Assembly: GCA_946965045.2 (NCBI GenBank)
Contig: OX337233.1
Coordinates: forward strand, 744,001-808,000
Direction: 5' to 3'
Source of the DNA: Epithemia pelagica
Taxonomy: Eukaryota; Protista; Bacillariophyta
DNA length: 64,000 nucleotides
The first letter of the stretch is position 1; every line of letters begins with the position of its first letter. Shown here one piece after another: positions 22,612-33,271 of the stretch. The position numbers and the translations under genes are program-made. The notes below the pieces were generated by a model. It saw only the letters and a list, made by a program, of their open reading frames with translations, searched no databases and was not told the DNA's origin.

Positions 22612-23745
22612 TCAGTTCCCATTGCGTTCCCGAAAAGGATCATAATACCAACCGTTTGGTGGTGGCTGCTCACAGAGTCGGAGAAAACACCATGTTCTCT
22701 TGTCCAGCAATGGCAATGTCGCACAGGACGGATTGAACGCTCCCCCAATCACGGCAATGTGAGTGGCCAGAGCTACCATACTGCCGTACTTGTCTGGCAA
22801 GGGTGGGAGTTTCCACACCCGGTTGAGAGTCGTATCCAAAACGTCGACGGCTTGTCGTCCGCCTCCGGCCACCACGAGACAAGATCCCACGGCGGCCATG
22901 GCACAACAATTTCGTGGGACGGAAAGCACTAAGTCCGCATGTGTTTTCCAAACACTGACTGGAAGAATCTCAGCATCACGATGGTGACAATAACAAGGTT
23001 TGAAACAGTCCATATACTCGACCGAGCGTTGGGTCGAGCCTCCCACGACAAAGATGCGGTGACCACCAAGGACGGCACTGGCAGAGCCAAACCGCGGACC
23101 GTTCATTCGTGGCCCCGCCACGACCGTGTCGTTTCGGGTATCGACAATCTCCACCGACGACAAGGACGAGTGTACCGACCAGTTCCATCCACCCATGACC
23201 ACAATGTATCGATTGTGGACCGCCACAGCACAACAGTCGGTTCGTGGCGTGGATAGTCGGACACCCTGGTTGAACGTCCTCCAATGGATCGTATTCGTTG
23301 AACTGCTAGATGGTTGTAGTAGCAAATCATTGACCTGAATCCATTCGATGGAATCCAAACAGGAGTCTCCATATTCTCCTCCCACCACGTAAATGCGTCC
23401 ATGGCAGACCACAGCGGCATGTCCAGCGCGACTCTGGTTCAGAGGAGGTCCTTCTCGCCATTGCTTATTGTTTGGTTCATTCAAGTTCAATATGAGAACG
23501 GAATCCAGCTCGCCTTGATCTTTGTGAGATCCTCCAATCACCACGACCGTTGGTGCCGTTTTCTGGTTGTTGTGATCCGTTTCAGGATGAGGATGATCCA
23601 GCACGATGGAAGCATGACTCCGACGCCATCCACCCGTAAGAGGAGGCCAGTCATTTGGATTCCATTCAGCGTTCTGGTTCCAAAGGGCAAGCCCCGACTG
23701 CCATGCTTGTTCTTGCAGTGTCCTTCTCTTGGTTTTCATTCGCAT
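22612..23745 (-). CDS. Kelch-repeat protein (copy A)
   Basis: Repeated Kelch blades VVIGG, IYVVGGEYGDSCLDSIEW, IVVMGGWN, IFVVGG, LVVAGGG. Probable ATG at 23745 (MRMKTKRR). Confidence 0.85.
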   Translation of the reverse strand: MRMKTKRRTLQEQAWQSGLALWNQNAEWNPNDWPPLTGGWRRSHASIVLDHPHPETDHNNQKTAPTVVVIGGSHKDQGELDSVLILNLNEPNNKQWREGPPLNQSRAGHAAVVCHGRIYVVGGEYGDSCLDSIEWIQVNDLLLQPSSSSTNTIHWRTFNQGVRLSTPRTDCCAVAVHNRYIVVMGGWNWSVHSSLSSVEIVDTRNDTVVAGPRMNGPRFGSASAVLGGHRIFVVGGSTQRSVEYMDCFKPCYCHHRDAEILPVSVWKTHADLVLSVPRNCCAMAAVGSCLVVAGGGRQAVDVLDTTLNRVWKLPPLPDKYGSMVALATHIAVIGGAFNPSCATLPLLDKRTWCFLRLCEQPPPNGWYYDPFRERNGN

Positions 23746-23861
23746 TCTTTTGGCATGGAAGAACGATCTGAATACAGAAAAGTGTGTTATGGCAACATGT
23801 CGAGAGGGAGACGCTTGTGTGTGCGAGACGTTGCAGGTCTGTCTCGCAACTCGCAACCTTT

Positions 23862-26800
23862 TTTGTGTTCTAGAATAGGTTATGGGTGTGACTAATCTAG
23901 AGTGTGGGTGGGGTGGTCCGAAACGGAATACGCGGCGTGGGGGTTGTATGGGTGGGGGAAGTATCGGGTAGCCGGGCAGACGGTGAAAACAGAAGATTTT
24001 TGGATACGGCTAATTTTTCGTTGTTGGGAGAGGTGGAGGTCCGTGGTGGAGAGAGCATCGAGAACGTGCTGGGCCAAGGCCGTAGTGATGGCATGACCGA
24101 GAGTGAGGGTTGCATGGCGGCGGAGAGACTGTTGAAAGGGGGCTGGTGTGGGTTGGGAGCGAGTTTGCGCAGTGTGGATGAGGTTTGAAGGGGCAAATTG
24201 GAGGAGGTTGTTAAATGCCAAAAAACCATCGGTGTGAGGAAGACAGCGGTCGGAGCGTCCAAGTTGTGGGGTGGGCCAGGATGGGGGGTTGGAGGGGGAG
24301 AGGGAGTACCAAGGAGGTGCGCCGAAGAAGAAGTTGTGGGCAAAATGACCGAGTCCACCAAGGTGGTCGATGGAAAAAGGCAGGAGGAGGAGGTTGTTGG
24401 TGTTGATGAGAGCTGTGGTTGTTGTGTCATGCGTGAACTTGTGCCGGGCAGCGTGATGGTGAATCTGGGAGGCATCGTTGGCAAGTGAATCGAACGATTG
24501 ACCATAACGTTGTTGTTCGGCGGGGGAAGGTTCTGTTGGTGGTAGATGAGGATGAGAGGGAGGGATGGTGATGTCAATGGCGAGATACCAAAATCGGTTG
24601 TCTGGGAGTGGCGGATGTAGGGCAAGGCCGATGTCGGCGGGACGGATATTTCGTGGGTGGTGAGGGAGAAGATTGGTAGGTTCTAGGTGGACGTCGGAGG
24701 AGGTGCGGGTCCATTCCGCGCGGGGAGCGAGGTCTTGTGCAAGGAAATAGACGGCGTCGCGTGACTTGTTGGAGAGTTTCGTTTTGTGGTGTTTTTGGCA
24801 CGAAAAAAGGTGATCACCGTATGGATCAAGTCGCGGGTGGGAGGCGCAGAAGCAATGGGCCGGGAAATGGTGGGGGAGGAAAGGAAGTCGGAGTTTCCGC
24901 GAGACGGCCGTTTCAAAGAGAGAATTGGGGATTCGGAAGTGGTTGAGGAAGCGTGGTTGGTGTAGGGGGTTACTTGTGAGGCTTGAGAGTGCGGAAGGGA
25001 GTGAGCGGCGCAGTTCGGGTGGTGTGGAAGCAACAATCAAAGGGAGAAGGTGGGTCTCCTGGTTTGTGACGGCGAGTTGGCGCTGGGCGTCGGGCGGGTA
25101 CGTGTGGAAATCGGTAGCTCGGAAAGGAAGAGAGGTTGGGAAGAGGGAAGAAAAATGTGAGTGTAGTTCTGGTAGTGTTCGGTGGTGTTGAAGGGAGTGG
25201 GTGAGCGGACCTGAGGGTTGGTGGAAAAAGATACTGGTGTGGGCTTTGGGATAGTGTTCATTGGTGGCAAGGCGGAGGGATCGTCCGAGGGAGTTGAGGA
25301 GAGATGGTACGGCTGTGGTACGGTGGCATGGGTAGCCAAGGCCACCAAGGGCGGAGGAAAGGTGGGCGATGTAGAGGGAGTGGTCGGGGATTTGTTGGGT
25401 GTGGGTGAGATGCTGGAGAAAGGTTTTCGTAATGTTGTCGAGACGCGGTGACAGGAAGTGTTGCCACAGGGTGGAAGTTGGGGGTGTGTTGGAGCGGTGG
25501 CGGAGAAGGAGGAGAATATCGGCGGTGAGGAGATGGGTTATTTTGGGTAAGATGCAGGATCGGAATAGGATCGATTTTGTTTGTGAATTGTGGAGGGCGC
25601 GGATGGCCAAGGCGGACTGTTCGATATGGTCCAGTTTGGTTGAAAGAAACTGTTGGATGAAGGCGTCGTTCCAGATAGGATGGCCAAGGAATCTGGTGCC
25701 GGTGGTTATTTCTGCGTCGGCGGGGTTGATTGGGTTGAGGAAGGAGAGGGCATTTTGGAGATGGGCGCGGTTTGCGGGAGAGAGTAGGTTGACGGGGCTG
25801 GTTCCGTTGGTGGAAGAGAGGATTCGAGTTTTGCCTTTGTTGAGGTGGATGCCGAAGGGTTTGCCGAGAGTGTCGATTTGGTGGAGAAAGGGCATTAGAT
25901 CTTCGTGGAGAAGACAGACGGAGGTGTCGTCCATGACGCTAGCGGTGTGGGCCAGGCCGCCGAGGTTGTCATCACTGGGGAGTTGTTGGCGGATGCGTTC
26001 TAGTGCACGGGTGGAGAGGTTTTTGTTGATTGTGGTGGTAAGTGTGGCCAATACGAGGCATGCAAATAACGGGCTGAGGGGACAACCCTGACTGAATCCC
26101 TCTGGTTGGTTGAGTGTTTTGTTGTTTCCATCGGGGTCTTGGTACCAATTGTTGGTGTCGGAGGCATAGAGCAGGTCGAACAGTGCCACTAGTGGTTTTG
26201 TTGCGTCGTGGCTTTGGAGGATTTCGCGGCATCTTGATCTCGAACAGGCGTTGAACATGTTGGTTAAATCTAGAAGGACGAGGGCACGGGATGGTAGTTT
26301 GGTCGTGTTGTCGGTGGTCGGGTCGTCGGTGGTGGTGATGTATTTGTCAATTTGTTGTTGTGTGAGGTGGGCTGTGAAGTCAACGCCTCCACTTGTGTTG
26401 ATTCCGTATTGTCCTTGTTGGGTAAGAAAGGGTTCGATGTCGTTGTTGGTGAGGGTTAAGGCGATTGTTGCAGCCGTGCGTCGGAGTGCTGTGCCAATTC
26501 CAATTGGGCGGAGTTTGTTTAAGTTGTTCATGTCCTTGTGGAGTGCGAAGAAGTGTATGGATGAGAAAAGGGGTCTGATCGGTGGGGGAATTTGGTTGTT
26601 GAGAATGGTGGTGAATAGAGTTTTGAGGTTGTTGAAATAAGGCCTGTCTGAGCACGGGTGGGAAGTGGAGCGTTGTAGCCCGAGGTTTCGGAGTGTATCG
26701 ATTGAGGCGGAGAAAGGGCCTGGCGCGGTGCCTTGACTGAGACGGTGTAAGGCTTTCTCGAAGGTGCTATCTGGGATGGATGTGTGATGATTGGGTGTGT

Positions 26801-29428
26801 ATATGTGGTTGCGGAGGTGGTGTGGTGGGTCAATCCTTGGAGGGTAGAGTGAGGAGGAGACTATGTCGATTCGTTCGGGCGTAAGAGTGGCAATGGGCAT
26901 GGTTGCGGTGAGGCGGTTGTGGGCGGCCCTTAGGTTTCCCAAGTCGGCTGCTTGTTGGGCAAAAGTGGCCATTGTTGCTGGAGTTGGTGTTGTTGGTGTC
27001 GTGTTGTGTTGACGTTGTTTGTGTTTGTTGGTTCTTGTTGTTTGTGTGAGAGTTGGTGGTGGCGGGTGCCAAATGGTGTGGTAGAGGAGGATCAAGTCGC
27101 CTTGTTTTAGTTGTGCGACTCTGTGTTTCAGTGCGTTGTGATGTGTTCGGTGGGGGGTGTTTTTGATGGGTGCGAGGAGGAGTGCTTCCAGGATTAACAA
27201 TAGTTTCCAAAAAGGGACGCTGTCGGTGTTGTGTTTGGGGGGAGGGGAGTTGGTGTGGTTGGGGGCGAAAGGGAGGGAGGCTTGGTTTGTCCAGTCTACT
27301 ATCATGTTCATTGTTTGAAGGAAGAGGCGTTTAGCCTGTGGTTTAAGCCGGGTGAAGGAAGAACGGCGGAATGGTGGTGGTGTGAGTTCAAGTTGGTAGA
27401 GAAACGCCAGTTGGTCCTGCCATTGTTGAATTTGGGTTGGGGATAGGTGTCGGAGGGTATTTTGGATGATGGTGATATTGGTGGTTTGGCGACAGTGACT
27501 ACGATTTGTGTGTGCTTGGAGATGGCGTGGTGTGAGGTAGATGGCGGCGGGGTCATTGCAGTGTCGACATGGGTGGAGGTTGTGTTGTTGGCAGAAGCGA
27601 TCGGTGAGGTGGGTGGTTGGTTGATCTGGGTGGGTTTGTTGGATGTGTAGGCGGAGTTGGTCGGTGGTTCGTCGTCCTGTCGATGGTGTGGAGTGCCAGG
27701 AGCATGAGGGGTAGGGGCATGTGGTGTGGGTTGGTCGCGGGGTTTGTGTTGGGTCATTGTCTGTGCTACTCATGGTTGGTTTTGTCCCCCATGGGATTGG
27801 TTGTTTCAATTGGGTATTCGTCGATGTCCATGTCGTTGTTGGTGTTGTTGCTGGTGGGTGGTTCGTTGTGGAATGTGGTGGTGGGATCTTGGATTAGATC
27901 ATGTGCAAATTGCCAGATTGTTTTGGCATCCGTGTCGTTGAAAGACGTGAGTTTATTGGTGAGTTGATCGGTGAAGATGGCTATGAGGGATGGGTCGTTG
28001 CTTCGTAGGTAGTCATCGAGCAATTCCAGCTCGTGTGTGGTGTCTTGAGAGAAATGGGATGAAGGGATGCTGTAGAGGAGGTGGTCGGGGGGTCTGTTGT
28101 TGTTGTCCAGTTCTTGTTCCTGGGATGAGAGTAGATCTGTTTCGGGTGGTGGCGTGGTTGGTGTTTTGGTTGGTTTGGTTGGTTCCGTGGGTGGAGTGTT
28201 GGTGGGGTTCGACAGCGGGTTGGGTTCTTCGTCTTCTGAGTCGCTGGCAATTGCAGCGTATGGGTTGTTGGAGATGTTGTATGTGTTGGTGGTATTGCTA
28301 GTGGATCGGGTTGCATTGGTGGTGACATTTGTGTTGTCGGTGGGTGTGTTAGTTGTGTCGTTGGTGGGTGTGCCGGCCGTGTCGTTGGGGGAGGCGGGGC
28401 GCTTACGTGTTGGTGTGTCGGTGTCTGGTATGGAAGGGTGGGGTGGTTGGTGGCGGTGGGTGGTGGTGTGGAACCGGTTGGCTAGTGCTGCAAGTCTTTT
28501 TGTGCGGTTGGCGGAGGATGGGCGGTTGTTGGGTGTTCGTGGTGTGGTTTTGGATGTGATGGCGGCCAGGGTCTGGCTGAGTAGTTGTGGGGGAAAGCCT
28601 GAGAGTTTTTCACGGATGTTGGTGGGATTAATGTGCATTGTACCAATGGTACATTGCAGGAAGAGATTATAACTTTCTGGTGATGGGTTGTGGGCGGCGA
28701 ATTGGGGGAAGAGACCGCGGTAGTCGGGTAAGTGGTACAATGCGTCCCAATCGTCTGCTGTGGCTGCGGGGTTGATGTTGGTAAGGCGGACCACATGACA
28801 TTCGGCGTAGTTTGTTTCGATGGTACGTAAGGATTCGATGTATTCGGATCGTTCAGCGGCGTTATCAGGAAATGGGAGAAGGTGAAAGGGCACTTTGTGG
28901 TACGTAAGGTCTTGTTGATTGGCGTTTGTGTATGCTTCGACCGCATCTAAGAGAAGTTCGAATTTGTCGAGGGATGAGGAAGAGAGGATGACGGTGGGTA
29001 GGGTGAGGGAGGGGCCTTTGCTGTGTGGGTGGCCTGTGATGGTTCCGTCTCTGAGTCCGTAGTGGGTGGTGAAATCGGCCATGGAGTGTAAGTCGGAGGG
29101 GAGGAAGGGAAAAAGTTGGTCTCTTATGGCGGCGAGTAGGTGGAGGAACGCTCGTTTGTGGAAAATTGTTTTGGGGGGTAGACCCGCGAGGAGGCCGTAG
29201 CCGCGGCAGTCCGGGTGGTTGCATGCCGGTGCATATAGTTTTAGTTGCGGTGCGCGTTCATTGGTGGTGGGGTTGGAATCGGGGGTGGCTGGTGGGAGGA
29301 TGTCTTGGAGTCCAGTGTTGGGGTCGTGGGTAAAGTCTTCGTGGTGGTGATGATTCCACCGTTGCAGGACAAACTTGAGTGCTTGCTCATGATATAGTTC
29401 CGAATCGAATTGGTCTTGGGTTGTCGCG
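23862..29428 (-). mobile_element. CRE-clade (restriction-like endonuclease) non-LTR retrotransposon, two ORFs, 5'-truncated, short A tail, CTTT target duplication
   Basis: Copy B shows the empty site gcaac-cttt-cgcg. The filled site has cttt at 23858-61 and 29429-32, with a T-run (A tail) at the left end and a 3' UTR of about 27 nt. Confidence 0.92.
23892..27773 (-). CDS. ORF2: two C2H2 fingers, reverse transcriptase, CCHC-type finger, restriction-like endonuclease
   Basis: CPYPSC...LRLHIQQTH and CRHC...LQAHTNRSH; KLRPIGIG; GFSQGCPLSP; SVMDD; GTRFLGHPI; CFCASHPRLDPYGDHLFSC; RPADIG...LAIDITI. The ORF is uninterrupted. Confidence 0.92.
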   Translation of the reverse strand: MSSTDNDPTQTPRPTHTTCPYPSCSWHSTPSTGRRTTDQLRLHIQQTHPDQPTTHLTDRFCQQHNLHPCRHCNDPAAIYLTPRHLQAHTNRSHCRQTTNITIIQNTLRHLSPTQIQQWQDQLAFLYQLELTPPPFRRSSFTRLKPQAKRLFLQTMNMIVDWTNQASLPFAPNHTNSPPPKHNTDSVPFWKLLLILEALLLAPIKNTPHRTHHNALKHRVAQLKQGDLILLYHTIWHPPPPTLTQTTRTNKHKQRQHNTTPTTPTPATMATFAQQAADLGNLRAAHNRLTATMPIATLTPERIDIVSSSLYPPRIDPPHHLRNHIYTPNHHTSIPDSTFEKALHRLSQGTAPGPFSASIDTLRNLGLQRSTSHPCSDRPYFNNLKTLFTTILNNQIPPPIRPLFSSIHFFALHKDMNNLNKLRPIGIGTALRRTAATIALTLTNNDIEPFLTQQGQYGINTSGGVDFTAHLTQQQIDKYITTTDDPTTDNTTKLPSRALVLLDLTNMFNACSRSRCREILQSHDATKPLVALFDLLYASDTNNWYQDPDGNNKTLNQPEGFSQGCPLSPLFACLVLATLTTTINKNLSTRALERIRQQLPSDDNLGGLAHTASVMDDTSVCLLHEDLMPFLHQIDTLGKPFGIHLNKGKTRILSSTNGTSPVNLLSPANRAHLQNALSFLNPINPADAEITTGTRFLGHPIWNDAFIQQFLSTKLDHIEQSALAIRALHNSQTKSILFRSCILPKITHLLTADILLLLRHRSNTPPTSTLWQHFLSPRLDNITKTFLQHLTHTQQIPDHSLYIAHLSSALGGLGYPCHRTTAVPSLLNSLGRSLRLATNEHYPKAHTSIFFHQPSGPLTHSLQHHRTLPELHSHFSSLFPTSLPFRATDFHTYPPDAQRQLAVTNQETHLLPLIVASTPPELRRSLPSALSSLTSNPLHQPRFLNHFRIPNSLFETAVSRKLRLPFLPHHFPAHCFCASHPRLDPYGDHLFSCQKHHKTKLSNKSRDAVYFLAQDLAPRAEWTRTSSDVHLEPTNLLPHHPRNIRPADIGLALHPPLPDNRFWYLAIDITIPPSHPHLPPTEPSPAEQQRYGQSFDSLANDASQIHHHAARHKFTHDTTTTALINTNNLLLLPFSIDHLGGLGHFAHNFFFGAPPWYSLSPSNPPSWPTPQLGRSDRCLPHTDGFLAFNNLLQFAPSNLIHTAQTRSQPTPAPFQQSLRRHATLTLGHAITTALAQHVLDALSTTDLHLSQQRKISRIQKSSVFTVCPATRYFPHPYNPHAAYSVSDHPTHTLD

Positions 29429-29442
29429 CTTTCGCGTAGCAT
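27766..29442 (-). CDS. ORF1 of the non-LTR element (unknown function, N-terminally truncated; the ATG lies in flanking host DNA)
   Basis: 558-aa open frame directly upstream of ORF2 with the same C/A-rich coding-strand bias. The element boundary at 29428 falls 5 codons after the ATG at 29442. Confidence 0.75.
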   Translation of the reverse strand: MLRESATTQDQFDSELYHEQALKFVLQRWNHHHHEDFTHDPNTGLQDILPPATPDSNPTTNERAPQLKLYAPACNHPDCRGYGLLAGLPPKTIFHKRAFLHLLAAIRDQLFPFLPSDLHSMADFTTHYGLRDGTITGHPHSKGPSLTLPTVILSSSSLDKFELLLDAVEAYTNANQQDLTYHKVPFHLLPFPDNAAERSEYIESLRTIETNYAECHVVRLTNINPAATADDWDALYHLPDYRGLFPQFAAHNPSPESYNLFLQCTIGTMHINPTNIREKLSGFPPQLLSQTLAAITSKTTPRTPNNRPSSANRTKRLAALANRFHTTTHRHQPPHPSIPDTDTPTRKRPASPNDTAGTPTNDTTNTPTDNTNVTTNATRSTSNTTNTYNISNNPYAAIASDSEDEEPNPLSNPTNTPPTEPTKPTKTPTTPPPETDLLSSQEQELDNNNRPPDHLLYSIPSSHFSQDTTHELELLDDYLRSNDPSLIAIFTDQLTNKLTSFNDTDAKTIWQFAHDLIQDPTTTFHNEPPTSNNTNNDMDIDEYPIETTNPMGDKTNHE

Positions 29443-29677
29443 AAGAAAAAGATAAAAGATACCCTTTTCGATATGCTCCCTAGCGTAACAATGAGTCTAG
29501 GTTGATCGTGCCATTCACGAGCAGGACTCATCATTTTGGTCCACTGGACTCGCACTCTTATATTGTACCCATTTGCAACACCGTGATCTCCCTAAGAAGA
29601 GAAGAAAAGATCCAAGATCTCCAACACACCACCAACGCGAAGCCAACCACAACTCACCACCAACCAGCACCACCAGG

Positions 29678-31824
29678 ATGGCATCGTTGTCCGTTTCTTC
29701 CTGGCTCCATTCGTTCCTCAACATGTTTCCATCCAGTACCTTGGATATACGGTCCTTGGCTCTGTTTCGAATTCTGTTGGGAGCCTACCTCTTGTACGAT
29801 CTGTACAGTCGCTTATCCTTGGGCAAATTCGATTTGGCCTGGTAGGTTTCCGCTGTCCTTGTGTTTGTGTGTGTTGGAGTTGGAGGGACATTTTTGCTCG
29901 TGTCGACTCTTGCTTGTTTCTCACGCATGCTTGTGCTTGTGGGGTTGCCAATGGCCCTCTCTATAACTCGCACACTCCTTTCGTTGTGTTTATATTATGA
30001 TTCGATAGGTACACTAGTATTCCACTGGAAGAATCCTATCTCGACCCCAACGATACACCTCATACGGCACCCTTGCATCGGTGGTGGTTTGCCCGTGGCA
30101 CGGCCCTCCACCAAACCGTCTTGTTTGCCCTGTCGGCCACGTTGGCACTGTGTTTTTGTGTCGGATTGCATGAAACGTTCCTTTTGAAACTCGCCCTCTT
30201 TGTCATTCAAGTGTCGCAACAAAATCGATGCATGGACTTGGCCGATGGCAGCGATTCCTTTGGCCGTCACTTGTTGCTGTGGTCCATGTTTTTACCCCTT
30301 ACCAAGGTGTGGAGTGTCCATGCCTGGTGGATCCAACGACAACCACCACCACCAAACGCCGAGACTCCTCCTCGAGTGGGAACCACCAATCACAACAACA
30401 ACAACCACAACATTATTTCGAATTCATCGAGTCCTGCAATGACCGTCCAAAGTTTGGCCTGTCTCGCCCTCACGTCGCAAATCATGCTCATGTATGTGGG
30501 AACCGTCTTGCATCGCACAACCGACTTGTTTGGTCTCACCCAATTGCATCAGAGTCAATGGCTGCCTCCCAAACTGAGTGCCGTTCATTATGCCTTGCTC
30601 GATGCCTTTGCCACTCGCGACCATGCCGTGAAACGATTCATCACGTCCCACGCCGCAGTGTCGCAAGCCTTGACCTTCATGGCCACGGTCGTCGAATTCA
30701 TGGTTCCCCTGGTTGGATGTTGGTTGGCCCCGGCTCGCTACCGACACTACGGAGCATTAATTTTGGTGGGTTTGCATGTCGGACTCTTGTCCGTCTTTCA
30801 CTTGCCCAATTGGCAATTGATTGGCATGCTCGTGCAAAGTGTGTGGATTCCCTCCCATGTCTGGAATGCCCTATTCAAAGTAGTACCAACCAAATCCACA
30901 ATTTCCACCACCACGACAAGCAGTACGAGTAAGACGAGTGTGACCACCACGACAGGCACCGCCGCCACCACCTCGTCGTCGTACAAAAAGACGGATGGGG
31001 ATCCCCGTCCCACCAGCTCCAGTACTACTCCTATGACGAGAACCACGGCCGGTCATGAACCGCCCGAACGGCCCACGCCTAATGTCTTGTCCATGGCCCT
31101 TCAAGTCTTTTTCTTTGGATACATGTGGTACAATTGGGCCGGAAATCGAGGATGGATCCCCAAACATGATCGGGGAGATATTGGCGAAGGATTGGTACGT
31201 ATCTATATATATGTATATACATTGGACAGCTGCCTGCCGAGAAACTAGAGCCTGTTGGGGACTTAGCATATTCTACGTGACTAACAATTGTTTGTGGGTG
31301 CTTTTGCTCGTTTGCTGGCCTATTTATGGAATCTACAGCGCCTTTCGCAGTATTGGGTCATGTACGCCAGTGTCGGTACCCAAACCTCCACGTCGCAACT
31401 CATTGGTACCACGCCAAGTGGCCAGTTGGTGGATTTGTATCGATACATTTCCACCCGACAAGTGGTGGAACCCCTAGCCTCCGATACCATTGTGTACGAC
31501 ATGTCGCGTCGATTTCCGTCGCCGCGGTGGGAACGGGCCATTGCGCAATGGTCCAATGGCAAGGACCGGTCGGGTAAAAAGGCCAAGGTCTTGTGTCGTG
31601 CCCTCTGTCACTTGCTTCATCCTCCTCCATCAGACAACGACTCGTCCCTGGAATTTGCCTCGGTGGAACTTCAATACAAAATGCTTCACATTTTACCACC
31701 GGGAAGCGCCCTCTCGTACGAAGAAGAAGAACAACAACAAGCAGGAACCAACCGAGTACGCGATGTCAAAGTTTTTCGTGTCAATTGTTCTGCCACTGCA
31801 GCTACCGGAAAAGAGGAAGGATGA
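29678..31824 (+). CDS. HTTM-domain (vitamin K-dependent gamma-carboxylase-like) membrane protein, copy A; exons 29678-29841, 30009-31194, 31339-31824
   Basis: DIRSLALFRILLG, DGSDSFGRHLLLWSMFLPL, LHVGL and RLSQYWVMY motifs. GT-AG introns restore the frame. Confidence 0.8.
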
Positions 31825-31963
31825 GGCCGAGGACCGAGTTCCGTTACTAGTATAGTAGCTACCAAAGAAGAAGAAGACGAATGAGTCTTGAGACGGACGT
31901 GTCACACACACACGACGGGCAACCCACCAAAGTAGCATTCCAAAAGGCAAGGGCAAAGTACTT

Positions 31964-32898
31964 TTATGCGTTGCAAAACTGTTTCGTCCTTGTTCCGACG
32001 AATTGCGTGTACTTGTCCGGAACACTGCCGGTCCTCAGACGTGACACGTGGACAAGAGAGCGAGGATCGAGAATTGTCCAGTGGTAATTGACGCCATGTT
32101 TCGTTCCGGTGTATAGTGGAGTGACTGAGGAAGACATGCGACGCTCAATCAACACCATCTTTTTGTCAATGGATGGATTCTATTGGGCGTCTGGAAAGGA
32201 ATTTGTAATGGTTGTCGATACACCAATGACGGATTTAACATTTGACTTTATACTCTTTCGACTCTTGCGCCGATCCTCCAGCAGCAAAGAGAAAAGACTC
32301 GGCGGCCAAACCATCTTTTTCATAACCACTCAAGTATTCAGTGCCAAAGTCTTGAAATGTTGCACGGATCAGCTCAAAGAGTTGGTCCGACGTTCTATAT
32401 ACATCGCTCTGTTGAGGGTCAACTTCCACATATGCTGTCAGGGGAAAATAGGCTGTACTGGTGTTTGTATCGTCGGATGCAGGAAAGCAAGAGCTTCCCA
32501 AAATAATATTACCCGGAGATGTTTGTCGATAAGTAAGACCATCCACCATAAATCTGTCAAGAAACGCTGTTGTCCATTGGCTCACACGGAACTGGGGCTG
32601 CTGAGTAATGCCATAGCTCGACGATGCCGACACTGGAAAACGAAGTGAAATTGAAAACCCTACTAGTACCAAGTCGCTCGTATCAGATCGAGGACCATCC
32701 TGAATTTGATCGCTTGGATCTAGACCACCTTGGATTTCATCCCGTTGATCTAGAGCACCGAATCAGAAACCTGGAAAAGTCTCGAACACTGACGTCTGAC
32801 TCTCATCCCTCGTTTGAATGAAGAAAGCAAGTTCTCGGCTCGTCCAGTCAGCGAGAATGGCCCACAGAGGATCACGGTAAAACAATGCAGGATCGTCC
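31964..32898 (-). pseudogene. Orphaned 3' half of the single-pass membrane gene, cut by the duplication breakpoint
   Basis: Near-identical to 40623-41557 but lacks the upstream exon (41680-42867), which lies outside the duplicated unit. Confidence 0.7.
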
Positions 32899-33271
32899 AA
32901 TTATCAATGCTTTCTTCAGCTCGAACTCGATAGAGTTATCATGCAACCAGAGGGTGCTGCTTCAAAAATCCCATGCTTCGCCTTGTAGGACGTGCTCTCG
33001 TAAGCTCCAGTCTAGAATTATCAAGGATGAGTTATCTAAAACCTTGAAATTACGAGTATGTTAAAAATAAAAGACTATATCGTTCTCCTCCTTTGCATCC
33101 ACGCTCCATCACATGAGCGGCAAAGTACACAGGGAACAGGTCTCCTCTTGCAGGTTGTAACCTTTAGATTTCATCGACAAAGATGGAACAAAGAGTTACA
33201 ACCAACGAATCATCAAATGAGCAAACAGTATGCAAGATGCATACAATCATAAAAAGAAAATCAGAAGGCAT

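Larger units (their letters stand above)
19367..32898 (+). repeat. Tandem segmental duplication, copy A (includes the 5.57-kb retrotransposon)
   Basis: Starts caattatcaaagctttcttca (19367) and ends acaatgcaggatcgtcc (32898). Gene order matches copy B. Confidence 0.95.

Noticed and set aside
24198-28672. Many Val/Gly/Trp-rich plus-strand ORFs within the non-LTR element
   Set aside because: By-product of the strong G/T strand bias opposite the C/A-rich coding strand.
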